NCBI RefSeq assembly: GCF_001194135.2
Contig: NC_068992.1
Coordinates: 61,843,436-61,902,830, forward strand
Direction of reading: 5' to 3'
Source: Octopus bimaculoides
Taxonomy: Eukaryota
DNA length: 59,395 bases
The translations under genes were made by a program, and so were the position numbers. Position 1 is the stretch's first letter. Each line of letters starts with the position of its first letter. Positions 10,834 to 21,610 of this stretch are shown here, one piece after another. The notes beneath the pieces were generated by a model, which was not told where the DNA came from, did no database searches, and worked only from the letters and a program-made list of their open reading frames with translations.

Positions 10834-12387
10834 TTGTTTTGATCTACTTTAACTCTGGTCATAAATAGCACTTCCAAAAAATTTAAAATAAATAATTACA
10901 TCTGAGTTTCAATTCTAATTTTATCGATGCGATATTTATTTTTAATAACAAGTGTTTACTTTTCGGTAATGTTAATTCATTAAGTGAACCGAATTTTTTT
11001 TGTTTGTTTGTTTTACCTTTGTGTAAAGAAATGAAAACAATATAATATCATGAACTATTTATATGTACTTATTCGTTTCGTTTAAGAAAACCAAGTTACT
11101 TTTTTATATTCACCATTATTTTTTGTCTACTTTTACTTTCCAAATGCAGAATGAATGTAATTAAATAACAAAAAATTAACACCACTTTTTTATTATTTCG
11201 ATTTTTTCTTTTTTCAGATCAATTAAAATTTTTTTCCTTTTACTATATATCTATATGAATAAATAACTTTCAGCCATATAGTTTTGTAAACCAGGGAGAT
11301 AACTCCTGAAAATATAGTAAAACGTGACAGATTTATTTATATTGAATTGGGATTTATCCGTGTTTTATTCTATTTTCTTCTCTATACTAGAAAACAGTAA
11401 TTGTTGTTGATCAAGTTTTCCTGTTTAAAGACGTAGTCGTCACTCTGCGATGGAGTAGCAATGTTAAGAGTTCCGTTCCTAATGACGGTCGATAGAATAA
11501 GCATCAGTTGAGCACTGGAGTCGATGTAATCGACTTTATCCCCCGAAATTGCTGGCCTTGTGACAAAATTTGAAACAATAATTAATACGACACTTTTCAG
11601 AGTTAAAGATAGTTGACTCTGAATTAATTACATAGAGAGAGAAAGAGAGAGAGAGGCAAGGGGCATGAATCACTAACGTAGGTGGAACAATAAAGGACGA
11701 AGAAAGGCTGACAAATGAAATGTTGCCAAGTAACTCTTCACCCCGCCATAAAAAGGTTGGTCTCAAGGGATGGGTGGAGTCGGTGTGAGAGAGACATTTG
11801 GAGGGGTGGATATTCAGAGAATACTGAATGAGGTACTTATTTGTGGCATATACAAGCATGCAGTGCTTCCAGTGGTCAGTTTTGTAGCGGTGGATGGATC
11901 TCCATTAGAAATTCATATCACCAGACATTCTAATCCTTCATTTCTCCCTCTGACCAAGGTTGTAGCTGGTCAGCCAGACTTCGTTCTCAATGAGTCATCA
12001 CCATGTGACTGAACTCGTTGAGTCGTCACAGACTGGTGACTGAACTCGTTGAATCGTCACAGACTGGTGACTATACTAACTTTTTGCTTGGGGTTTCTTG
12101 CTTTTATAACTATCCAGAAGGATAGATATATCATTGAGAACAATAGATTTAGTTGGTGGTCTTGTTATCTCTATCTTAGCTTTTGGTGGACTAGAAGAGG
12201 TTAGAAAGGGTCAAGTGGTGAAGACATTATTTCAGCCTAGCTAAAGGCATCTGGAAAATGTAAAACTGCTGTCAGAGAAAAACCATTGTTCCACCATGGG
12301 AAAAGTTCTGTCGCAGTGTTAATTTAAATTTGGCTATGGTGGATCGAATCCACTTCATGCATGCAAGATCCACCACATGTATACAAA

Positions 12388-12615
12388 CTAGCTGACCGTG
12401 TGCCGTCAAATATGACGGCTAATTGTAGTAATAAGGTACATAATAATCACTGATACAAACATTCACATACTTCCCTTGTACATGCTCACACACACAAACA
12501 CGCACATATACTCAAACAAAGTTGAAATGCTATTTGATTTTTTCGTTTGATTTTTTCGTCCAACGTAACTGGTNNNNNNNNNNCCCTTCTTTTCTCAGTC
12601 ATATGCTGTGACAGA
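12388..12615 (-). mobile_element. Short non-autonomous Helitron (3' end clear, 5' end tentative)
   Basis: Hairpin GCCGTCA-AATA-TGACGGC at 12402-12419, then CTAG|T on the minus strand at 12388; possible A|TC start at 12615. Confidence 0.6.
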
Positions 12616-12659
12616 TAAAAATAGAATATACACGACGCGCCCTTTGCCACTTCCTTTCT

Positions 12660-13985
12660 CTCAATCACTCCCAGGCAGAGCTCTCTCAAAGGTATCAATC
12701 CCCTCATTAACCTGCTTCCTCCATCTGTGGCGATGACAAGCATTGCTCTCCCAGTCAGTCTCTTGGGAGCCCTTAAATCGCAACCTTGGTTTCTGCCAGG
12801 GTCTCCTTCTATTCACAAGTTCCCTACATAGCATCTGCTTAGGGATCCTGTTAATAAGGTGTCCAGTCCAACGTAACTGGTGCTTGTGCACCATTGCCTC
12901 AATAATCAAGCTATCAGCTCTCCTCAGGACCTGCATGTCTGGAGTTTTTATTGGTCCCAGCCACCAACATTCAGAATGTGTCTGATACAGCTCTGATGAA
13001 AACGTTCAAGGCCCCTTACATGACGTTTATAAAGGGTCCATGTCTCACATGAGTAAAGGAGCGATGTCAGTACACATGCACGGTACACAGCAATATTTGT
13101 TTGCTCTGTGACACGAGACTGAAGAGACCGGAAGGAATAAGTTCCTCTCTGCAGCTTGAAAGATATTTCATCATCCAGGGAGCAAGAACGGCTGATTGTA
13201 CTTCCCAGGTAGGCAGACTTGTTTACCACTTTCAGAAATGTGCCTTCAACCAGGATAGCTGGTTCCAGATATGGTGCAGGCTAGAACATTACAACAGTCT
13301 TGTCCAGGCTAATGCTGAGTCCAAATTCCTTGCAAGAAGCAGAAATATAATTCATAAATATTTGTATGTCATACACTGTATGAGTGACTAAGTCACAGTC
13401 ATCTGCATAAAAGAAGTCATGAATAAGAGACTGGATAACTTGGCAGCAAATCCGTGCAGATTAAAGAGGCGGCCAGAAGATCGATACCTGACATATATTC
13501 CCAGAGAGCTAACCTTAGCAAAAGCATGAGTAAAAGCAGCAGCAAAGTACAAAGAAAAGAGTGTTGGGACAAAGATGTTACCCTGCTTGACAGTATTCTT
13601 TACGGGAATGGGTCTCACAGTGTCACCACAACATTGACCCAAGCTTCCATCCCATCATGAAATGCTTTAATTATAGATTCAAAGTGATCCGGACATCCAA
13701 GTTTGCTAAGTATTTTCCATAGCAAGGCCCTATTCACAGTATCAAAGGCCTTGGTTAAATCAATGAATACCTGGACAAGATCCATATTCTGCTCATAGCA
13801 CTCCTCCTGCATCTGTCTTGCTGTGAAAATAATATTCATTGTCCCTCTACCAGATCGGAAGCCACATTGAAATTCAGATAGGACATCATTTACGAGACAC
13901 CCATTCAGACGGGTAAGAAGAATATTTGCCAGAACCTTGCCAGCAGCTGATAGTAGAGCAATACCTCTGTAGTTACCACACATTG
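12660..13985 (-). mobile_element. RTE-clade LINE, 5'-truncated and degenerate reverse transcriptase
   Basis: CGNYRGIALLSAAGK, QCGFRSGRGT, FIDLTKAFDTVNR, VKQG, LLYSCETWT and QLRWTGH motifs spread across frames with stops. Confidence 0.93.
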
Positions 13986-14387
13986 TTTTGGATCCTTTTC
14001 ATGGCTTTTCTCTGACAGCAGTTTCAAATTTTCCAGATGCCTTTAGCTAGGCTGAAATAATATCTTCACCACTTGACCCTTTCTAACCTCTTCTACTCCA
14101 CCAAAAGCTAGAATAGAGATAACAAGACCACCAACTAAATCTATTGTTTTCAATATGTCTATCCTTCTAGATAGTTATAAAAACAAGAAACCCCAAGCAA
14201 AAATAAAGTAGTCACTTAGCGACAACAGAGCGAGGCAGCTCGTGACAACTCAATTAGTTAGGGAACGGACTGCTATAATCATGACCACAATGGATGCAGC
14301 TACTAAGAAAATACTCAGCGGAGAATTCGGATTCGACGATAGCTTTTTCACAGCCATATACTACTGCCAGGAGTTCCCTTTCAATGT

Positions 14388-15600
14388 TTGCATACCTTGT
14401 CGCGGTTGCTGATGCGCAAATATGCGCTCAGGCTACGACATCTCAAGCGTTTCCTAGACGGTGAACAAGTGTGGTCACCGTTCGTCAGACGCGATTTTCC
14501 GCAGCTCGTTTCTTTAACAGAGCTGCAATCCTGGTTCAAACGTAGACCGAGAAAGGGCGCTTGGCACCTCGAGTGCCGCCAAGCTCTCACAACCCTCAGT
14601 CAGGCGGGCAATGCGATCGGTAGAGGGTTAGTGGAGGAAAAGTGTGACGACGTTCTCGGGGAAACTCTAGGCGTTGAAGATAATCAATTAAACAGTCTGT
14701 TCGGAAGAACTTTCGGGCCGGGGCCCATGGATAACTTCCAAAGGTCCCTCGCCTGGCAGTGCTACCGAGGGGCGCTGCCTGTTTGAGATAAACTCTACCG
14801 GCANNNNNNNNNNNNNNNNNNNNNNNNNNNNNNNNNNNNNNNNNNNNNNNNNNNNNNNNNNNNNNNNNNNNNNNNNNNNNNNNNNNNNNNNNNNNNNNNN
14901 NNNNNNNNNNNNNNNNNNNNNNNNNNNNNNNNNNNNNNNNNNNNNNNNNNNNNNNNNNNNNNNNNNNNNNNNNNNNNNNNNNNNNNNNNNNNNNNNNNNN
15001 NNNNNNNNNNNNNNNNNNNNNNNNNNNNNNNNNNNNNNNNNNNNNNNNNNNNNNNNNNNNNNNNNNNNNNNNNNNNNNNNNNNNNNNNAACCGGGAGGGC
15101 AAAGCAATTTTCCTATATCAAGTGGCTGCAGCGAAAGAGGTAGTATGGTGGACCCGTTTGAAAGGGCTAAAGTCAGACACTTTCCTCTTTGGCCAAAGCC
15201 TCATTAACTTTTTCAAGTTCCACTTGAAAAGGAAGATGAGAGTAGAGAGGGAAGTGCTGTCTGATGGCAAATTTGTTGAAAGATGGGTGACTGTTGGAAG
15301 GATGGCCAGTATGAACGGACCAATTCTGAGGATACACTTGTAAAAAAAAAGAAGGTAATATAAAAGGAGAAAGGGCTCTATACCCCTTTCTTATTTTCTG
15401 ACCAGGCTCCCGTGGCTTTTATAGGTTTTTCCACGCGTAACCTTTCGATGCACCTCCCTTTATTGGGAGTTTTATTTGTTATATCTTTCTCTGTTTTCCT
15501 CAGTTTACACGAACATTTTCTTTTCGGACAAAACCCTTTGTAATCTTCGTCCTGTCTTTGTCCTTACATGTTTTAAATTTATATTAGCCCTTGTGGCCAT
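14388..15600 (+). mobile_element. Tx1/L1-clade LINE 3' fragment (ORF2 C-terminus and 3' UTR), gap inside
   Basis: LAWQCYRGALPV (zf-RVT region) and AAAKEVVWWTR..FFKFHLKRKMRVERE..FVERW..HL* followed by an A-rich tract. Confidence 0.75.
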
Positions 15601-15837
15601 TATTATTATATACACGTTTTTTATTGTTTTCTTGTTTTCGTCACCAAACCCCACCTGTGTGTGTGTGTGTATATATTATATTATATTAGACGTATTATAT
15701 ATATTCTTTAATTATTCTATCGGTTTCAGCTGAAAGCTGAGGCCATGCTTGGGGAGCGCCGTTAAATATATATATATTAGAAATGATACATTTCTAAATC
15801 TCTCAGAGAGACTTAAGCAGTAGTGATACGATATTTG

Positions 15838-16474
15838 TTGTTGGCACTCCGTCGCTTACGATCAACGGAACAGCCTGCTCGTGAAATTAACGTGCAAGTG
15901 GCTGAGCACTCCACAGACACGTGTACCCTTAACCCATAAACTGCTGGGATTTTGCTGTATGTAACACGAACTGCTGAGCCTATTTTGGGTAAAGATCAAC
16001 ATCGATCTATCACTCGAAAAATATACTCAGTGTTTCTTAACACCTTCTGTGATTTGGCTACACTGTTTCTGGGGTGAAAGGGTATCGTGTGCATACGTTA
16101 TAAGTCATCAAAATTAGGTCAGATCATGCCCTACTTCCGTAGCCACGAACGTGGCCTGTCGCACTGTCGCGTTGGCCACTGAGGTGGCCTATCGCAGTTT
16201 ATAGGTTAACGTAGTTCTCGGGGATATTCAGCGTGAGACAGTGTGACAAGGCTGACCCTTTGAATTACAGGCACAACAGAAACAGGAAGTAAGAGTGAGA
16301 GAAAGTTGTGGTAGAAGAGTACAGCAGGGTTCGCCAACATACCCTGCCGGAGCCTCATGGAACTTTAGGTGTTTTAGCTCAATAAACACTCACAACGCCC
16401 GGTTTGGGAATCGAAACCGCGATCCAATGACCGCGAGTCCGCTGCCCTAACCACTGGGCCATTGCGCCTCCACA
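15838..16474 (+). mobile_element. SINE (TGTTGGCACTCCGTCG family) split by a MITE
   Basis: Removing 15933-16209 restores GTGTACCCTTAACGTAGTTCT, which matches the copy near 39465-39490 (-). Confidence 0.85.
15933..16205. mobile_element. piggyBac-type MITE, 273 bp
   Basis: TTAA duplicated at 15929-15932 and 16206-16209; TIRs CCCATAAACTGC / GCAGTTTATAGG match 11/12. Confidence 0.85.
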
Positions 16475-16906
16475 GTGCTACGATAAAGTAGTTGTATACT
16501 GTCAACTTAACGTGACAGTCCCAATAAGGGAATCATACTACTGCTATTTAGCCCTAGGAATCTACACCGCTTCCTGTCGGCCTTGACACATTTCCTGTGT
16601 TCTTATGTTTACGAGGGGGAGAGAAGCACCTGCACCTTCGCGTAGGTATTGCGAGACTGTGCATAAATTATACACTAACACATGCAATATATTCATTCAC
16701 ACACATACATATTTAGATGAAGTTAAATTATGTTGTAGTGCATCTGAGTACTGCATACAATAATTTCATTATTATTATATGTCCGGTCATAGAGTGGCCA
16801 ATGGTTAAAATATATATTTAAAATATATATTTATATATATTATATTATTATATATAATAATATTATATATTTATATATATTATATTATTATATATAACAA
16901 AATATA

Positions 16907-17804
16907 TAGCGAGTCGTGACTAGTCGATCCTACGACGGTCAATTTAAAGCGTTTGACCCGGTGACAAAAATAAAAAATAAAAATTAGTCTAATAGGTGTA
17001 AAACAACTTGCTGGGAACGAATATGAAGAAAAAAATGCGCGCTTGCGAACGTGTGGGGTGGAGAGAGGACTCGGAACATTCACATCATGAATGTTCCGAG
17101 ACGCCTCACCGGAGCCAAGAAACAAAAGAAAAATAGTGTAATAGATGTAAATCAACTTGCTCTGAAAGAATATCAAGAACACACACACACACACACACAC
17201 ACATATAACATATATATATATATATATACATATATATATACATATATACATATANNNNNNNNNNNNNNNNNNNNNNNNNNNNNNNNNNNNNNNNNNNNNN
17301 NNNNNNNNNNNNNNNNNNNNNNNNNNNNNNNNNNNNNNNNNNNNNNNNNNNNNNNNNNNNNNNNNNNNNNNNNNNNNNNNNNNNNNNNNNNNNNNNNNNN
17401 NNNNNNNNNNNNNNNNNNNNNNNNNNNNNNNNNNNNNNNNNNNNNNNNNNNNNNNNNNNNNNNNNNNNNNNNNNNNNNNNNNNNNNNNNNNNNNNNNNNN
17501 NNNNNNNNNNNNNNNNNNNNNNNNNNNNNNNNNNNNNNNNNNNNNNNNNNNNNNNNNNNNNNNNNNNNNNNNNNNNGTTTGACCCGGTGACAAAAATAAA
17601 AAATAAAAATTAGTCTAATAGGTGTAAAACAACTTGCTGGGAACGAATATGAAGAAAAAAATGCGCGCTTGCGAACGTGTGGGGTGGAGAGAGGACTCGG
17701 AACATTCACATCATGAATGTTCCGAGACGCCTCACCGGAGCCAAGAAACAAAAGAAAAATAGTGTAATAGATGTAAATCAACTTGCTCTGAAAGAATATC
17801 AAGA

Positions 17805-17844
<40 letters not shown>

Positions 17845-18864
17845 TAACAGCAAGTTGTTTTACACCTATTGCACTAATTATTTTTTGTTCTTGAGCTCGG
17901 GTCAAACACTATAGTTTAGAGGCCAGGGACTAACGATGTGTGACGATGTGAATGTTTCGAGTCCTCCCCGCCCCCCGGTCGCGAGCGCGCATTTTTTTTC
18001 TTCTTCATATTCGTTCCCAGCAAGTTGTTTTACATCTATTAGACTAATTTTTAAAAAAATTTGTCACCGGGTCAAACGCTCAAGTTTGATCAATTTTTTA
18101 ACACAAAGTAAATATTTTTTTTAAAAACAAAGTAAATAAATTATGGCNNNNNNNNNNNNNNNNNNNNNNNNNNNNNNNNNNNNNNNNNNNNNNNNNNNNN
18201 NNNNNNNNNNNNNNNNNNNNNNNNNNNNNNNNNNNNNNNNNNNNNNNNNNNNNNNNNNNNNNNNNNNNNNNNNNNNNNNNNNNNNNNNNNNNNNNNNNNN
18301 NNNNNNNNNNNNNNNNNNNNNNNNNNNNNNNNNNNNNNNNNNNNNNNNNNNNNNNNNNNNNNNNNNNNNNNNNNNNNNNNNNNNNNNNNNNNNNNNNNNN
18401 NNNNNNNNNNNNNNNNNNNNNNNNNNNNNNNNNNNNNNCCCGCCAAATCAGAAAGATCCGAGTCCATTAAAAAGTCGGTCTTTCAAAATCCACTGTTGTT
18501 CAATGGTATCAGTACATGAGGGACATTGCAAGTAACTATCTTTTGCGTAACCCCTACCAAATTGGTGGACTTGGGCACATCGTAGAAATAGATGGGATTA
18601 CTGAAATAGATGTGACACCAAAATACTCCCTGGAAGAACATAAAACGACGTTTTAAGAGTAAGATGGGGAAGATTCAACACAAAAAATTATTTACTTTGT
18701 GTTTTATTTACTGTTTAAAAAAAATTATTTACTTTATTAAAAAAAAAAACTCATACATGTTTTGCGTATACGCGCTAGATAGTCGTTGTAGGATCGACTA
18801 GTCACGACTAGCTAGTGCGGATGCGCGAGTGCGCGCACCGAGACCACTAGTTTTGAGTAGTACG
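16907..18864 (+). mobile_element. Internally deleted Merlin element with a nested inverted-repeat element
   Basis: Subterminal IRs at 16907-16936 and 18782-18814. Transposase remnants KVGLSKSTVVQWYQYMRDIASNYLLRNPYQIGGLGHIVEID and PWKNIKRRFKSKMG at 18490-18670. Right TIR at 18836-18864 is 23/29 identical to the TIR at 31826-31854. Confidence 0.85.
16948..18080. mobile_element. Nested element with ~150-bp inverted termini (TTAA|AG start, Kolobok-like, tentative)
   Basis: AGCGTTTGACCCGGTGACAAA..CACATC at 16948-17090 is mirrored at about 17935-18080; the left flank is TTAA and the right flank is CAAG. Confidence 0.55.
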
Positions 18865-19038
18865 TATTATATTATTATCAAAAGGACAAGATCTTAAACA
18901 TATATATATTTATATATAAACATATCCGCTTCTTTGCTGTTCGTTTTGAGTGTTCCTGTCGATAGCAGTAGTGACATTGATCTTGATCGTAGTGAACTGA
19001 GAGAGAGAGAGAGAGAGAGGAAACAAAACAGTGACACC

Positions 19039-19836
19039 ATGGCAATAAAACGTGACAGGAAAGTCTCTCACCATACAGAGCAAGTTACGGCCTCACCCCT
19101 TTCTTCTTCTTTTACTCCTTCAAAAATATCGAATCTATCTTTGTATATTTGCTTTTTTCACCTGATAGCATTCATTCTTTTAGCTTTTGGCACCTACACT
19201 GACACCTTCGAAATTCAGTACGGTTGGAATACATATTTTGGTAAATTTAAATACCTCACATACTGGAATATATGGATACAAACGTTATATTTTGTCATTT
19301 CTTTACTGTATGACCTCATGAAATGGCGAAGCGTGAACAAATACGATCAAAACAAGGTAAGACAGCTGCAGATCGTCATAGATCACGTTCATGCTACTAT
19401 AGTTTTCCCAGTCGGAATTTTTGTGGTGATCACATTCTGGTTAATTTATCATTTCGATCGTGAGTTGGTGTTTCCTTCTTTCCTTGATGAAATCGTTCCA
19501 GGTTGGTTGAACCATATCTTGCACACTTTACCATTGGTCCTTCTCTTTTTGGACAAGTACCTCGTCCCTCATTGTTATCCTCCCAAACTTCGTGGAATTG
19601 GTTACACATTCTGCTACACTAGCATCTACGTGGTATGGATCCTTTTCCTGGCCTTCGCTAAAGGTATTTGGGTTTACCCGATCCTTCAAATCTTAAATAA
19701 TCAACAGAGATTTGTCTTCATAGCTCTTCTATGGTTGTTTGGAATCAGCATTTACCTAGTCGGAGATGGTTTTACCTGTTTCATGTGGAGGGCTTCAGCC
19801 CAACCTATGAAGACCAGAAAGAATAAAGTCAAATAA
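19039..19836 (+). CDS. AIG1: AIG1/ADTRP (FAR-17a) family multi-pass membrane hydrolase, 265 aa, single coding exon
   Basis: FGKFKYLTYWN (Thr74), FPVGIFVVITFWLIYHFDRELVFP, WLNHILHTLP (His162), GIWVYPIL, and about six hydrophobic segments. AIG1 versus ADTRP orthology is not resolved. Confidence 0.92.
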   Translation: MAIKRDRKVSHHTEQVTASPLSSSFTPSKISNLSLYICFFHLIAFILLAFGTYTDTFEIQYGWNTYFGKFKYLTYWNIWIQTLYFVISLLYDLMKWRSVNKYDQNKVRQLQIVIDHVHATIVFPVGIFVVITFWLIYHFDRELVFPSFLDEIVPGWLNHILHTLPLVLLFLDKYLVPHCYPPKLRGIGYTFCYTSIYVVWILFLAFAKGIWVYPILQILNNQQRFVFIALLWLFGISIYLVGDGFTCFMWRASAQPMKTRKNKVK

Positions 19837-19878
19837 ATGAACAATTACATAAATTGAATGACTCTTAACATTCCATAT

Positions 19879-19928
<50 letters not shown>

Positions 19929-20021
19929 GGGAGAATGTACGAAAAAAAACAACAACAGACGAGGACAAGTGGTGTAAACAACAAAAGGATGTATTAGTAT
20001 GACGCTCGGGAATACGGAAAG

Positions 20022-20058
20022 TCTTTTACGTTTCGAGCTACGCTCTTCAACAGAAAGA
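20022..20058 (-). ncRNA. Minimal Penelope-type hammerhead motif
   Basis: Minus strand: TCTTT-CTGTTGAA-GAGC GTA GCTC-GAA-ACGT-A-AAAGA; helix I 5 bp, helix II 4 bp, palindromic helix III, GUA triplet, A6>U variant. Confidence 0.6.
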
Positions 20059-20715
20059 ATACGGAGACAAGGAGAAAAACACGGAGAAAAAAAATTGAAG
20101 AGTGTCCAAAAACAAACAAACAAAAAAATGAAATGAACAAATCAAAAGAAGAAACAATTTTTTTTAATTAAAAAATTCCGTATTTGTTTTCATGGAAGTA
20201 TGACATTTTTTATAACAAATTAATTTAACAATTAAACGTCTCATTAATGCTAAATCTTATGTTTTTTGTTGAAATTTGAAATTAATGTTATCATTTTATT
20301 TTGCGTGCCACTGTGTGTGTGACTAATTTGCTCAAAGGAGTATAAAAGTGCTAACTATGACATTGTGTTAGAAGTATGTAGTATGTCTGTCTATCCTATC
20401 CTATCTATCTATCTATCGATTGATCGTGGTCAGTAGTTCATATATCTGAAAAAGACGCACACTCTAAAACACCAGAATAGAAATATTTAGCAGGTTGTTT
20501 GTTATGGCTGGTCACAAAGTGTCTATTGGATTTGCACCTATTAAACTCTTAGCTGTTTAGGCAACTCACCATTTGTGTCTGAGTTGCCTAAACAGCTAAG
20601 TGCGAAACCAATGGTCATTTTGACCGGCTGTAACAAACAGCCTTCTAAATATATATACAGAGAGAGAGAGAGAGTCATAGTGTCTATATATAAGACACAC
20701 ACACACACACACTTG

Positions 20716-20884
20716 GTTCAATTTCCACTCATTTATTTATTTATTCCAGAAAGCTTTTTCGTCGCTGCATTTGCGACCATATCAGGGGAGTTTGACTGAC
20801 TGTCCAAGTCAAAATCCATTGATATGGTCGCAAATGCAACGCCGAAAATGATTTTTGGAATAAATAAATCTGTGGAAATTGAAC
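20716..20884. repeat. Foldback / MITE-like long hairpin
   Basis: Arms of about 65 bp (GTTCAATTTCCAC..TGCATTTGCGACCATATCA and its reverse complement); the inner 19 bp are perfect and the spacer can also pair. Confidence 0.85.
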
Positions 20885-21468
20885 TGGTGTGTGCGTGTTA
20901 TATTAAGGTACTATGACTTTCCCCAAACACAATAAAATTTGTTTCAACACACGAATTCACATAAAGAATCTTGCAAACCACATACAAAACACACACACAC
21001 ACACACATAGTATGTATATATATGTGTGTGTGTGTATAGGCGAGGCTGTGCGGTAAGAAGCATGCTTCCCAACCACATGACATGGTTCCAGGTTCAGTTC
21101 CATTGCGTGGCACCTTGGGTACTTCAGCATGGCTGCAGTCAGATGACTAAAACAAGTAAAAGAATATACATGCAGTTAAGTCTATGTCCAGTCATAGTGA
21201 CCATTGGTTATAACTGCATATAAATACATTACTGCCCAATGCTTTAGAGCATAGGTTCTCAAAGTGGGCACTACCCACCCCCACCCCCGGTGGCCATTGA
21301 GAGGGTCCAGATGGGTGCTGGTGTCTAAGGGGGCAGTGCAGGGGGAGGGGACACATTAGAGAAAAAGGAGGCATTGGAAAGGCAGTGGATTGGGGGACGC
21401 TATGAATTTTTAATATTATCATAGTATTGTATACAAATTACATAATATATTAAATATCAAATGATTCA

Positions 21469-21610
21469 TCTATATATATAAAAATGAGAATGTGTGTCTG
21501 TCTGTCTGTGTGAATCCCTAAAACTCGAGAACTACTCAACATATTTCATTCAAATTTTACACATGCCTTACTTAGGGTCCCGGTTGTGTTTTAGTCAAAA
21601 AAATTCAACG
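21469..21610 (+). mobile_element. Helitron 5' end
   Basis: A|TCTATATATATAAAAATGAGAATGTGTGTCTGTCTGTCTG is a typical non-autonomous Helitron start; no 3' end was located. Confidence 0.6.

Larger units (their letters stand above)
12067..14215. repeat. Pair of ~215-bp inverted repeats (12067-12286 and 14001-14215)
   Basis: Roughly 90% identical by eye in reverse complement; they bracket the RTE fragment and a Helitron end. Confidence 0.9.

Noticed and set aside
16950-17830. Identical ~270-bp direct duplication (16950-17220 and 17577-17830)
   Set aside because: The copies flank an N gap and both end in a microsatellite, so this is most likely an assembly overlap artefact.
18934-19038. 35-aa N-terminal extension of the AIG1-like ORF from a TTG
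   Set aside because: It runs through a (GA)n tract; the first ATG at 19039 (ACCATGG) is the better start.
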